NCBI GenBank assembly: GCA_030390025.1
Contig: CM059425.1
Span: 87,048,001 to 87,112,000, forward strand
Length of the DNA: 64,000 bases
From: Squalus acanthias
Lineage: Eukaryota
Reading direction: 5' to 3'
Every line of letters starts with the position of its first letter. Position 1 is the first letter of the stretch. The translations under genes and the position numbers were made by a program. Under the pieces are notes generated by a model. That model was not told the origin of the DNA and made no database searches. It worked only from the letters and a program-made list of their open reading frames with translations. Positions 1 to 13,184 of this stretch are shown in pieces.

Positions 1-445
1 CTGTACGGCCCGTGTGTGTCTCAGTGTCAGCTCCTGTACATGTCCAGTACACACTGGGTAAAAGGGAACGATTCCCTCCCGTCTGGTACTGTACAGCCCG
101 TGTGTGTCGCAGTGTCAGCTCCTGTACATGTCGAAATACACACTGGGTAAAAGGGAACGATTCACTCCTGTCTGGTACTGTACGGCTCGTGTGTGTGTCT
201 CAGTGTCAGCTCCTGTACATGTCGAAATACACACTGGGTAAAAGGGAACGATTCACTCCTGTCTGGTACTGTACGGCCCGTGTGTGTCTCAGTGTCAGCT
301 CCTGTACATGTCCAGTACACACTAGGTAAAAGGGAATGATTCACTTCTGTCTGGTACTGTATGGCCTGTATGTGTCTCAGTGTCAGCTGCTGTACATGTC
401 CAGTACACACGAAAAGAGAACAGTTGACTTCTATATGGTACTATA
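1..445. repeat. Minisatellite, 88-91 bp unit, about 5 copies, running off the left edge
   Basis: Units start at 1, 89, 178, 269 and 357 (ctgtacggcccgtgtgtgtctcagtgtcagctcctgtacatgtc...); the last copy is degenerate. Confidence 0.95.
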
Positions 446-1049
446 TAACGTCCATGGCTGTAGACTGTGAGGTAAGGTCCACCTTTAGCAAAGGGTTTGA
501 TATTTGAGAGCCAGATGATGGAGATTCTGGTGAAGTAGTCGACCTCCGCTGGGGAGCTACAATTCGTCTCAGTGTCGCCAGATTAGGAAGAGTGGGCGGG
601 GAGGGGGTGGGGCGTGGAAATTAGCCAGAGCTCCTGCTATTGATCACTATCCATTGATCCTAAGAGGGCAGGGAGGTAACCGGATCCCAGTTGGGACAAA
701 TCACAGGATGGCAGCTTGTCAACAGGTGGGTATGGACACAGAGACATACATGTACTGGAGCCCAGAAAAAAACTGTACTGGGGTACATGAAAGGAGGTGA
801 ATCTGCATGAAGAAATGATGAATTGCATTTCTATGGCACCTTTCACAACCTCAGGACGTTCCAAGTCGTTTTACAGCCAATGAAGTACTTTTTGAAATAC
901 TGTTGTAATGTAGGAAACATGGCAGCCAATTTGCACACAGCAGGATCCCACAAACAACAATGTGATAATGAGCAGATAATCTGTTTTTTAGTGATGTTGG
1001 TTGAGAGATAAATATTGGCCAGGACACAGGGGAGAGCTCCTCTGCTCTT

Positions 1050-3283
1050 AAATCTGAACAAAGCAAACTACATACGTATGAGAGGCGAGTTGGCTAAGGT
1101 CGGTTGGGAAACTAGATTAAAAGATATGATGGTAGATAAGCAATGGCAAACATTTAAAGAAATTATTCATAACTCACAATGAAAATACATTCCCTCAAGG
1201 AATAAAAAACCCCACGGGAAATATGATCCAACCGTGGCTAACAAGAGAAGTTAAAGATAGTATTAGCTTATAATGTTGCCAAAAAGAGTATTAAGCCTGA
1301 GGATTTGGGAGGATTTTGTAATTCAGCAAAGGAGATCCAAGAAATTGATAAAGAGAGAGAAAATAGAGTATGAGAGTAAACGAGCAAGAAACATAAAAAC
1401 AGATTGTAACAGCTTCTGCTGGTATATAAAAAGGAAGAGATTAGCGAAAGTAAACATGGGTCCCTTACAGGCAGAGACAGGAGAAATTATAATGGGGAAT
1501 AAGGAAATGGCAGAGACATCAATACTTTGTATCTGTCTTCATGGAAGAAGACACAAAAAACATTCTGGGAATAGTGGGGAACCAAGGGTCTAATGAGAAT
1601 GAGGAACTTAAAGAAATTAATTAGTAAAGAAATAGTACTGGAGAAATTAATGGGACTAAAAACCGACAATTCCCCTGCACCTACATCCTAGGGTTTTAAA
1701 AGAGGTGGCTACAGAGATAGTGGATGCATTGGTTTTGATCTTCCAGAATTTCCTAGATTCTAGAACGGTCCCCGCGGATTGGAAGGTAGCAAATGTAACC
1801 CCGCTATTCAAGAAAGGAGAGAGAGAGAAAACAGGGAACTATAGACCAGTTAGCCTGACATAAGTAGTAGGGAAAATGCTAGAATCTATTATTAGGGATG
1901 TGGTAACAGGGCACTTAGAACATCATAATATGATTGGACAGAGTCAACATGAATTTATGTCACGGAAATCGTGTTTGACAAATCTAATAAAGTTTGAGGT
2001 AGTAACTAGCAGGGTAGATAAGGGGGAACCAGTGGATGTAGTGAATTTGGATTTTCAGAAAGCGTTCGATAAGGTGCCACACAAGAGGTTATTTCACAAA
2101 ATTAGGGCTCATGGGATTGGGGTAATATATTAGCATGGGTTGAGGATTGGTTAATGGACAGAAAACAGAGAATAGGAATAAACGGGTCATTTTCGGGTTG
2201 GCAGGCTGTAACTAGTGGGGTACCGCAAGGATCAGTTATTTACAATCTATGTCAATAACTTAGATGAGAGGACCAAATGTAATGTATCCAAGTTTGCTGA
2301 CGATACAAAGCTAGGCGAGAAAGTAAGTTGTGAGGAGGATGAAAGAGGCTGCAAAGAGATATTGACAAGCTAAGTGAGTGGGTAAGAATAAGGCAGATGG
2401 AATATATTGTGGAGAAATGTTAAGTTATCCACTTTGGTAGGAAAAATAGAAAATCTGAATATTTTAAAATGGTGAGAGATTGGGAAATGTTGGTATTCAG
2501 AGGGACCTGGGTGTCCTTGTACACGAATCATTGAAAGTTAACATGCAGGTACAGCAAGCAATTAGGAAAGCAAATGGTATGTTAGCCTTTATTACAAAAG
2601 GATTGGAGTATAAGAGTAAAGAAGTCTTACTGCAATTGTATAGGGCCTTGGTGAGACCACACCTGGAGTATTGTGTACAGTTTTGGTCTATTTACCTAAG
2701 GAATGATATACTTGCCATAGAGGGAGTGCAACAAAGGTTCACCAGACTGATTCCTGGGATGGGGGGACTGTCCTATGAGGAGACTAGGCCTATATTCCCT
2801 AGAATTTGGAAGAATGAGAGGTGATCTTGCTCTTGCAGCGAGCAGGCACGGGCTCGATGGGCCGAATGGCCTCCTTCTGTGCTGTAACCATTCTATAATC
2901 CTATTTCATTGAAACATATAAAATTCTTACCGGGCTTGACAGGGTAGATGGTGGGAGGATGCTTCTCCTAACTGGGGAGTCTAGAACCAGGGGTCACAGT
3001 CCCAAAATAAGGGGTCGGCCATTTAGGACTGAGATGAGGAGAAATTTCTTCCCTCAGAGGGTGGTGAATCTTTGGAATTCTCTACCCCAGAGGGCTGTGG
3101 ATGCTCAGTCGTTGAGTATATTCAAGACAGAGATCGATAGATTTTTGAATATTAAGGGAATCAAGCTATATGGGAATAGTGCAGGAAAGTGGAGATGAGG
3201 TAGATGATCAGTCATGATCTTACTGAATGGTGGAGCAGGCTTGAAGGGCCGAATGGTCTACTCCTGCTCCTATTTCTTATGTT
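1050..3283 (+). mobile_element. CR1-clade LINE, 5'-truncated with degenerate ORF2 (RT); ~80 bp foreign insert at 2828-2906
   Basis: ORF pieces LDFQKAFDKVPHKRL, RPHLEYCVQFW and RNFFPQRVVNLWNSLP; FADD-like tttgctgacgat; CR1 3' tail. Confidence 0.93.
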
Positions 3284-3689
3284 TTTATGGTCTTCTTTGA
3301 AATAGTGCCATGGGATCTTTTACATCCACCTGAGAGGTCAGATGGGGCCTAATATCTCCTTTGTCAACTTCTGCCTGATTTCGCTCCTGTGAAGTGCCTT
3401 GGTTCATTACATTAAAGGCGCTATATAGTTTATTGTGGTTGTTGTATGAGAACAGGAAAGTTATTTTAATGGGAGACTTCAACCAACCAAATACAAATTG
3501 GGAAAAGCCCAAGCAGCTTAGAGTCAGCGCTGGTAAATGTAATGCATTACTCAGTGCATATAATGAGCTACAAGAAGCAGCGCTCATCTTGGCCTGGTAT
3601 TTGTACATGACCTCGACAACATTCAGGAGATGGAAGTTGCATCACTCCCTGGGGGACTGCAACCACGCAATGATCAGGATAAGAACATA

Positions 3690-4280
3690 ACATAAGAACA
3701 TAAGAAATAGGAGCAGGAATAGGCCACTTGGCCCTTCGAGCCTGCTCCGCCATTCAATAAGATCATGGATCATCTTCAATCATCTCCACTTTCCTGCACT
3801 ATCCCCATTTCCCTTGACTCCCTTAATATCCAAAAATCTATTGATCTCTGTCTTGAATATACTCAATAACTGAGCCTCCACAGCCCTCTGGGGTAGAGAA
3901 TTCCAAAGATTCACCACCCTCTGAGTGAAGAAATTTCTCCTCATCTCAGTCCTAAATGGCTGACCCCTTATTCTGAGACTGTGACCCTTGGTTCTAGACT
4001 CCCCAGACAGGGGAAACATCGTCCCTGCATCTACCCCGTCAAGCCCTGTAAGAATTTTGTATGTTTCAATGAGATCACCTCTCATTCTTCTAAACTCTAG
4101 AGAATATAGGCCTCGTCTACTCAATCTCTCCTCATAGGACAATCCCCCCCATCCCAGGAACCATTCTGGTGAGCCTTTGTTGTACTTCCTCTATGGCAAG
4201 TATATCCTTCCTCAGGTAAGGAGACTAAAACTGTGCACAATACTCCAGGTGTGGTCTCACCAGGGCCCGATATAATTGCA
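3690..4280 (-). mobile_element. CR1 LINE 3' fragment
   Basis: SYEERLSRRGLYSLEFRRMRGDLIETYKIL...LWNSLP; same 3' tail as other CR1 copies. Confidence 0.9.
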
Positions 4281-4443
4281 TATAATGGAATTGAGTTCGC
4301 CCAAAGACCAGGAGTCGGGCTTATAACTTTTAAAAGGCCAAATTCAAAGAAATAAGGGATGAATCAAAACAAATGGATTGTTCATCAACTTTTCAGTAGA
4401 AGGCAATTGGCAACCCTCTAAAAGAATAACGCTAGTCAACAAG

Positions 4444-5105
4444 CAACAACTTACATTTATATAGCATCTTTAACATATTAAAACGTCTCCCAAGGTGCTT
4501 CACAGGAGTGTGATCGGACAAAATTTGACACCAAGCCACATAATGCGGTATTAGGAGAGGTCACCAAAAGCTTGGTCAAAGAGGTAAGTTTTAAGGAGCG
4601 ACTGAAAGCAGGAGAGGGAGTGTAACCGGGGTTCACCAGACTGATTCCTGGGATGGGGAGGGATTGTCCTATGAGGAGACATTGAGGAGACTAGGCCTAT
4701 ATTCTCTAGAGTTTAGAAGAATGAGAGGTGATCTTGCTCTTGCAAGAGAGCAGGCACGGGCTCGACGGGCTGAATGGCCGCCTTCTGTGCTGTAACCATA
4801 CTATGATTCTATTTCACTGAAACATATAAAATCCTTACAAGGCTTGACAGGGTAGATGGTGGGAGGATGGTGGCGGAGAGGTTTAGGGAGAGAATTCCAG
4901 AGTTTAGGGCCTAGACAGTACGGCCGTCAATGGTGGGGCGAAGGAAATCGGAGATGTGCAAGAGACCAGAGTTCTCGGAGGGTTGTAGGGCTGGAGGAGG
5001 TTACAGAGATGGGTGGGGGTGGGGGGAGGCAATGGAGGGATTTGACGTGTTGCTGGACCAGGAGCCAATGTAGGTCAGCAAGCACTGGGGTGATGGATGA
5101 TCGGG
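4444..5105 (-). mobile_element. L2-clade LINE 3' fragment interrupted by a + strand CR1 composite (4630-4869)
   Basis: PITPVLADLHWL-type peptide and L2 tail on both sides of the CR1 piece. Confidence 0.8.
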
Positions 5106-5304
5106 ACAAATACTTACCCAAGATCAACAAACTCAGACTAAGTAAGCATGACTCTAAATACATTAAAAAAATTAAAAGTGAAATAAAGAGGAAAAATTAT
5201 CTCTACAAATCCTGCGGGAAGAAGGGGATGGGGCTCACTGGGACAAACGAGGAACAGGCAGAAAATTGTCAAACCTTGATCAGAGAGAGCAAGAAAAAAG
5301 CATA

Positions 5305-6595
5305 TCAGCTGTGGCTCAGTGGGTAGCCTCTGAGTGAGAAGGGCATGGGTTCAAGTCCCACTCCATAGACTTCAGCACAGAATCCAGGCTGACACGCCAG
5401 TGCAGTGCTGAGGGAGTGCTGCACTGTCGGAGATACAGGGGGGAATTTTGCCGGCGCTCAGGGGGCGGGTTTAGAAGCGGGACTACTGGCTAAATTGCAA
5501 AGATTGACAGCGGGTCCCGAACCCGCTGTCAACCCGCCTCCATACAATCTTCCCAAGTGTCGGGCCCCCGATTTGCGCAGGGACCCGACACCTAGCGGCG
5601 GGAAGAGGATTATAGGCACTTAACTGCCTGTTAACAGGCAGTTAAAAGGCTTTTTCCAATTTTGCCAGGTCGACTGCGTGTTTCCCGACGTCCAGACACC
5701 ACGCCAGGGTAAGTGTGGTGCATTGATGACAGCTGCAGAAGTGATGTGAAGGATCCAATGGTACACTGGTGAGTTTCAGAGGTAAGAAAATGTTGGGGAA
5801 AGCATTTTTAATATATTTAGACTTTTCTGTGGGTAACAGGATTTGAATTGGCTGTCTAGTCCCACCTCATTGGGAGAACCTCTTTCACCAGTGACAAATC
5901 GCTTCTGTAACCTCACCTGCAGCTGCCATCTGTTTTATCCTAAGGAGAGAGTCACTGGATAACCTGGGCGCAAGGGCTCACCTTTGTACAGTGATTGGCA
6001 GTGTTTGCAGCACCTCAATGCTGTCAAACACTGAAAAATCATCTGTCAAAAGAAAATGTGCGTGTCCCCTTTAAGAAAACCGGCAGATGATGCGTCATCA
6101 ACTGACGTCATCTGATACCGGCTTTCTCTTAATTGGCCAGCAAGCCCGCAGGGCGGGCTTAACAAGGCTAATTGACGTAAAATTACGTCTGTGTGTCGGA
6201 CGTCGCTGGGGGTGGGACTAGAACCCGGAAGGCAGATGACTCGCTCCCAACTCGCACCGAAAGGTAAGATCGCGCCTATAGTCTTTCAAATGAGACGTTA
6301 AACTGAGGCCCTCTCAGGTGGCTGTAAAAGATTCCATGGCACTATTTCAAAGATGAGATGGGGAGTTCTCCCCAGTGTCCGGGCCAATATTTATCCCTCA
6401 ATCAACATCACTAAAACAGATTATCTGGTCATTATCACATTGCTGTTTGTGGGAGCTTGCTGTGTGCAGATTGACTGCAGTGTTTCCTACATTACAACAG
6501 TGACTAGACTTCAGAATGTACTTCATTGGCTGTAAAGCGCTTTGGGACACCGTGAGGTTGTGAAAGGAGCTATAGAAATGCAAGTCTTTCATTCT
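5305..6595 (+). mobile_element. tRNA-headed Deu-domain SINE (SacSINE1/AmnSINE1-like) split by an insertion at 5434-6280
   Basis: A box tggctcagtgg and B box ggttcaagtcc; SINE body resumes at gtctttcaaatgagacgttaaac. Confidence 0.85.
5434..6280. mobile_element. Non-autonomous DNA transposon (MITE-like) with degenerate TIRs and internal palindromes
   Basis: Cleanly interrupts a SINE; termini tacaggggggaattttgcc / ggtaagatcgcgcctata are partly inverted; no coding capacity. Confidence 0.65.
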
Positions 6596-7124
6596 TTTTA
6601 ACTGGAATCGTCAAGATGGTTTTGATCGGGTTGGGTAACTGCAAATATTACTTGAGTATGGAAAAATTCTTCAGAACAGATGCTATCAAGCAGACCAAAA
6701 ATATTTTGCCACCTTATTAATTAAAAGCACAGAGTGTGAGAGGATCGGGGATGGTGAACAATGAACTCTGGCATTGAGAATCAGTGAAAAATAAAACAAA
6801 CCTATTTAGGAATGGCGCCGAAAGTCAGGTAGGCTGAACAAATCAAAAGAACAAACAAAGAGACAGGAATACATCACAAAGCACAATGGAATTCAAGCTT
6901 GAAATTAAATCATACAATGCAGAGGAGACAGGGGAAGAAAGAATTGAGGCTTTTTCAGCATTGGTTTCGGAGAAACATAAAGGGCAGGTTTCAGGCAGTT
7001 GGGAAATGAGAGATAAAAGGGGAAGAGCCAAATAGAATGGGAAGAGATGACAAGCAATCTAATTAACTGCAGATTGGAGGAGAGAGCAAAGAACAGAGGT
7101 AAGGCGAACAAACGATATTATTGT

Positions 7125-8145
7125 TCCCCTTGATAGGGTGGATAGCGAGAAACTATTTCCAGGGAGTCCAGGGGTAAAACCTTAAAATTAGAGCCAGGCC
7201 ATTCAGGAGTGATGTCGGGAAGCACTTCTTCACACAAAGGGTAGTGGAAATCTGGAACTCTCTCCCCCAAAAAGCTGTTGAGGCTGGGGGTCAACTGAAA
7301 ATTGCAAAACTGCGATTGATAAATTTTTGTTGGGCAAGGGTGTTAAGGGATACAGAATCAATGCGAGTAAATGGAGTTAAGATACAGATCAGCCACTATC
7401 TAACTGAATGATGGCGGAACAGGCTCAAAGGGCTGAATGGCCTACTCCTGTTCGAATCTTCCCTTCCTTCCCCATGTCCCCTGAAAGTGCTGACTGCTTG
7501 CTGGGGTACAGTCTGACGCCTCGACCAAGTGTACAGTCTAAGCGTGAGCCTAGACAGTGAGTGCTGGCAAGCCATTCCACAGCAGGGGCCATAACCGGCA
7601 AGTCTGAGGAGGTGTAAATGGTTACAGCAGAATATGCAAAGGGGGAGGGAAGCATGGAATATCTGGGAAAGTGGAAAGAGTTGCTGTGGCCCAGGAATGT
7701 GGCGGAGAAAGGCGGGTAGACTCTGGGGGTGCAGACCAGAGGCGACATAAGGAGACATCTTTTTACACAGCGAGTTGGTATGATCTGGAATGCACTTCCT
7801 GAAAGGGTGGTGGAAGGAGATTCAATAGTAACATTCAAAAGAGAATCAGATAAATACCTGAAGGGAAAAAAAAATTACAGGGCTATGGGGAAAGAGCAGC
7901 GGCGTGGGATTAATTGGTTCGCTCTACCAAAGATGGGCCGAATGGGCTCCTTCTGTGCTGCATCATTCTATGATTCTATAGCAGAGATGCATTTAAGGGG
8001 AAGCTAGATAAGCACATGAGGGAGAAAGGAATAGAAGGTTATGTTGATAGGGTGGGATGAAGTAAGGTGGGAGGAGGATCATATGGAGCACAAACACTGG
8101 CATGGGCCAGTTGGGCCAAATGGTCTGTTTCTGTGCTGTAAATAC
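7125..8145 (+). mobile_element. Cluster of short CR1-family 3' ends from several subfamilies
   Basis: Repeated RxHFFTQRVV/IWNxLP pieces followed by gggccgaatggcct-type tails. Confidence 0.75.
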
Positions 8146-8344
8146 GATGCAATGTGGACGTGCACTGTTGCTGTTGTAAGTGCACAATTCACTCAGCATC
8201 TACCATGTATGTACAAGAGTTGGTATCAGACACACAGGAGGTGTACAGATCAGAAGGGAGTGAATTGTTCCTTTTTTTGGTCAGTGTGTACTCCGCGCAT
8301 ACAGGAACTCAAAGAGACAAACACTAAACACAGTAACAGCTGGA

Positions 8345-8912
8345 AAAGCAATATACCGCGGATGCTGAAAATCTGAAATAAAACAGAAAATGCTGGAAAT
8401 ACTCAGCAGGTCAGGCAGCATCTGTGGAGAGAGAAACAGAGTTAACGTTTCAGGTCGATTTCTTCTCTTCTTACTGCTGTAGATGAACAGGAGCTGACAA
8501 GAAGTTGCACATTTTTTTTCATTCATTTTCGGGATGTGGGCGTCTCTGGCCAGTTTGGCATTTACTGCCCATCCCTAATTACCCTTGAGAAGGTGGTGGT
8601 GAGCCGCCTTCTTGAACCGCTGCAGTCCGTGTGGTAAAGGTGCTCCCACGGAGCTGTTAGGTAGGGAGTTCCAGGATTTTGACCCAGCGACGGTGAAGGA
8701 CATGAGCTGCACGGCAATACTAGATGGCAGTACACATGGAAATTAGGGACAAGCCCCAGAACTCTAGTAGCCTCAAGGCAAGGTGGATGATCAAAGATCT
8801 GATTAATCTTGAGCAAAATAAAAACAGAAAATACAGGAAATACTCAGCAGGTCCCTTGCTGAGTATTTCCAGCATTTTCTGTTTTATTTCAGATTTCCAG
8901 TATTTTGCTTTT
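8345..8912. mobile_element. Penelope-type terminal repeat fragments (8345-8458; fold-back 8815-8912) around a LINE 3' end (8515-8700, minus)
   Basis: Motif aaatgctggaaatactcagcaggtcaggcagcatctgtggagagagaaacagagttaacgtttcaggtcga, also at 53055-53131 and 62560-62792. Family assignment is from recall. Confidence 0.55.
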
Positions 8913-9569
8913 GTATAAGTCTTTAGTAAAGTTCGAATTACTTCTGGGTTTTCCCAGAGAATGGAATGAGCAGCGTTACAGCGCCCTCTGGTGGTGATCT
9001 GTCGCGAGCATGTCCTTGCTTTTAAGGAGAGAATCTCCCCATCGGTGCTCTGATGTTTTGTTAGTGATGTTGGTTGAGGGATAAATATTGGCCAGGACAC
9101 CGGGGAGAAAGCCCCTACTCTTCTTTGAATAGTGCCATGGGACCATTTACGTCCACCTGAGAGGATAGCTGGGGCCTCGGTTTAACGTCTGATCTGAAAG
9201 ACGGTGCAACCCTCCCTCAGTTATTGCAGTGATGAGTCGGCCTGAATTATGTGCTTAAGTCCCGAAGTTGGGCTAAAACCAAGACCTTTTTGACTCGGAG
9301 GTGAAAGTGCCAACTGAGCCACGCTGACAACACAAGATGATGCAAATCGGAGGGTAATTGCTGGAGTGCACCTTTTGGCTTCAAAATCCTAAACCAGGGA
9401 ACTCTGAGTGAAAGAAAGAATTCCAAGGTTTTCGAGCTTCTGATAAATAATGGCTCAGAATCAGCTGGGAAAGTATTGGCGAGTTTAATGCGCACGCTTT
9501 TATTATACGTGTAAAATAAAGCAGCAATTTGTGGCGAGACAGAGATACACAGAGAGTTGCAATTCGCCA

Positions 9570-9855
9570 CAGATGCAGGGAGGATGTTTCCCCTGGCTGG
9601 GGAGTCTAGAACCAGGGGTCACAGTCTTAGAATAAGGGGTCGACCATTTAGGACTGAGATGAGGAGAAATTTCTTCCCTCAGAAGGTGGTGAATCTTTGG
9701 AATTCTCTACCCCAGAGGGCTGCGGAGGCTCAGTCGTTGAGTATATCTAAGACAGAGATCGCTAGATTTTTGAATATTAAGGGAATCAAGGGATATGGGG
9801 ATAGTGCAGGAAAGTGGAGATGAGGTAGAAGATCAGCCATGATCTTATGTTCTTA
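9570..9855 (+). mobile_element. CR1 LINE 3' fragment
   Basis: DAGRMFPLAGESRTRGHSLRIRG...GKWR and tail. Confidence 0.88.
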
Positions 9856-10609
9856 CGCTCTACTGTTAGCCTTGCAAAATCTGGAGCTCACCCTCAACCT
9901 CTCCGTGAGGGTCAAGAAATTGCTGGATTTGCGGCGTAAATATGAATTAAGCTCGCCACAGAAAGTTAGGGCTGCTAATTGATGCCGTAAGGACCCTGTT
10001 AATGGGATGATTTATGGTCCTGACATGAAACTCAACCTTGAAACTGTGGAGTCTCACTCGTGCAGGTAGTAAATTGTTCCTAGAGGTTTTTTAATTTTAA
10101 TTTTTTTTCTTACTTTTCCTTTCTGTCTCTTTTTTTCTCTCTTAATTAAATCTTTCTAGTTCTCTCTTTATTTCTCTTTCTATATCTAATTCCTTTGCCA
10201 TCGTTCACTGTTTCTTTCTCTATGATTAAAGCTCATTATTTAAGAAAACTGAATTAGAGCAGTCTAGATTCAATAATCAAGGGGATGCAGAGAGAAGCAA
10301 GATCATGTAGTGCGCCACAAATACTGTTTCCCTACCTGCACACTGGCAATACAAGCCAGTCAACAACTTGAGAGCTTTGACATTTGCAGCATTCTAACTG
10401 TGCATATTTTAAAGTCCCTCCCACAAGCGCAGTGTTTCAGCTGCCTTAAGCTGTTCAGGTTCGGTAATAACAACAAATTGTTGCTAGTTCTCACTGTTTT
10501 TTAAATAAATTAACAAACCTTCTGTGATGTTGTTAACCATAAGTTGGATGATATGATAGTTTTATAGTGACAGGAGCAATATACCACGTAAGGCCCAATA
10601 AAGAAAAAA

Positions 10610-11023
10610 GATAGACTTGCATTTATATAGCACCTTTCACGACCTCAGGACGTCCCAAGCGCTTTACAGCCAATGAATTACTATTACTGAAGTGGAGTCA
10701 CTGTTGTAATGTAGGAAACAAGGCAGCTAATTTGCACACAGCAAGGTCCCACAAATAGCAATGTGATAATGAGCAGATAATCTGTTTTCAGTGATGTTGA
10801 TTGAGTGATAAATATTGGTCAGGACACTGGGGAGAAATCACACTTGCTCTTCTTCAACTAATGCCATGGGATCTTTTACATCCACCTGAGAGGACAGACG
10901 ATTTACCTCAGTACGGCACTGGAGTGTCAGCCTAGATTTTGTGCTCAAGTCTCTGGAGTGGGACTTGAGCCCACGACCTTCTGCCTCAGAGGCGAGAGTG
11001 CTACCCACTGAGCCACAGCTGAC
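10610..11023 (-). mobile_element. Deu-domain SINE, near full length
   Basis: tRNA-like head at the right end; conserved body and 3' tail shared with other copies. Confidence 0.88.
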
Positions 11024-12114
11024 ACACACACACCCACACATAAATATATATATAAACATTTTGGGCACCCATTGCCAGCATCAAGTACTCCCAGTCAGTT
11101 GCAGGGTAACGTTTCCATAATAAGATGTCTTAACCCAACCTTGGAAGAAGACCAACAATTGGCATCAGTGTGACATTTTCCATGTCTTGCACCAGGCATC
11201 ACAGCGGCTCCTCTAAATGAGATAGACAACTGGCCAATCAGCGCAAACGTGTGCTGAATTAGGGGCAGCTTTGTGCTTGTAGACCTGTGCTGACAAGAAA
11301 CTGGGTTGAGACTGTCCAAGCTCATTTCATACAGAATTCCTAAGGGAGACCGGCATGAGGAGGCTTTCATTCTGTCAGTCTGGGCTGGATTCGGACCGAG
11401 TTGAAAGGTCAGAGTCTTAACCCATTCCAATGCCCAATTCCTCTGCTTTTAAAAGGACAACCATCTTCATGAAAAAAAAAGTGTTTGGCAAACCTTCCTC
11501 CCATCTTGTTGACAAATACGTGGTGCCAGGATGAAAATTGCATTGAGACACTTCACTGCGTCAATTGTATTGACAACATGATGAAACTGACACATGGCGC
11601 GTCCCCCCCCCCCAGCAAACAGCGGAAGGTTTGACAAATGCTTCCTGCACCAAGACAAGAGCCTCTTTAAATAAATGATGCTCATTCATTTGGAACATAC
11701 ATGATTTATAAGTGGGGAATAATTAACAAAGCGCTAGAAGCCAGTGTTCCCAGTTACTGTTAACTATCATTTCCATAAATATTTTTCATAATCCTTCCAA
11801 AATTGACAGGCTCACAAAACTAATGCTCTCGCCCTGCCTAGATACACAAAGCCATTTGATATATTGCAGGGACTGAAGAGGAAGACAAAATAGCATCTAA
11901 ATCCATGATCTCTAATTTGCTTAATATGCTTCACAAATTTAAAGATTTGTACATCACAATTTTGTTCCAAACAGGCTTTTTCCACAGGTCTTGTGCAATT
12001 GCCCTATCATAAAAGAAACAGAAAGATTTATACAGCGCCTTTCACACCCTCAGGACGCCCAAAATGCTTTACAGCCAATTAAGTGCTTTTGGAAACACAA
12101 CCACCAAACAGACC

Positions 12115-12550
12115 CAGCTTTATACCTTGTCTCTGAGTCAGAAGGTCGCGGGTTCAAGCCCTACTCCAGAGACTTGTGCACAACGCTGACACTCCCAGTG
12201 CAGTGCTGAGGGAGTGCTGCACTGTCGGAGATGCCGTCTTTTAGATGAGACATTAAACTGAGACCCTGTCTGCCCTCTCAGGTGGATATAAAAGATCCCA
12301 CAGCACTATATTGAAAATGAGCAGGAGAGTTCACCCCGCTGTCCAGGCCAATATTTATCCCTCAACAACACTAAAATAGAGATTATCTGGTTATTATCAC
12401 ATTGCTGTTTGTGGGGCCTTGCTGTGCGCAAATTGATGGCTGTGTTTCCTACATTACAACAGTGACTATATTTCCAAAGTACTTAATTGGTTGTAAAGTG
12501 CTTTGGGACATCCAGAGAGCATGAAAGGCGCTATATAAATGCTTTAAGTT
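12115..12550 (+). mobile_element. Deu-domain SINE
   Basis: B box ggttcaagccc, body, and tail aaaggcgctatataaatgc. Confidence 0.88.
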
Positions 12551-13184
12551 TCTTTTATGATAGGGCACTTGCACAAGACCTGTGGAAAAAGCAGGCTTGA
12601 TGGGTCAAATTGACTTGTCTCGTTCCTTGTTTTCTTATATTCTTGTTCATGACCCAAATCAAGAATTGAAGTGTACGAGGGAAGTACGTTTCCTGCCACT
12701 CCTCATTGCACTAGTGGGCTGCTGTCAATTGCTCGCCGCAGGGAGTGAGGCCAGCCCCATTGACTGAAGCCTGGAACAAAGCAAGGTTACAATGTTTTAA
12801 CTAAACTGATTTTTTTGTTAGCTGTTTTCAGAAAGGAATTACATGTGTGGGGGGAGGTAAAGTTAATACACCATACTGTCTTGTTAATTGCATAGAAATG
12901 ATCCCTCCCTTGGTTGTGAAATATTGGGAGGCGTGAGAGAGCTGAGACACAAAATAGGGTGAAAGTCAGATGTAAAATTCTGTCGGCTTTGTCTCAAGGC
13001 TGACTTCGTAAACACTCTCCAGAAAGCAGAGGGAAGGGCTGCTCTCATGTCCTATCCACTCCAACGATGGAAGTAATTAATATTGATTACCATTTTGTTG
13101 AGAATGATTTGGGATTTCCTTGGACACTTGCCTATTGTGAACTGGTCTGGAAGACTATTGTGGAAGTATTTTTTTGAGAGAATA

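Noticed and set aside
1-445. CRISPR-like array or repeat-protein ORFs (12..329, 162..410)
   Set aside because: There are no unique spacers (whole units repeat), unit lengths break the frame, there are no cas genes and the context is eukaryotic.
410-600. Open minus-strand frames next to the minisatellite as a possible exon
   Set aside because: No recognisable protein and no convincing pair of splice sites.
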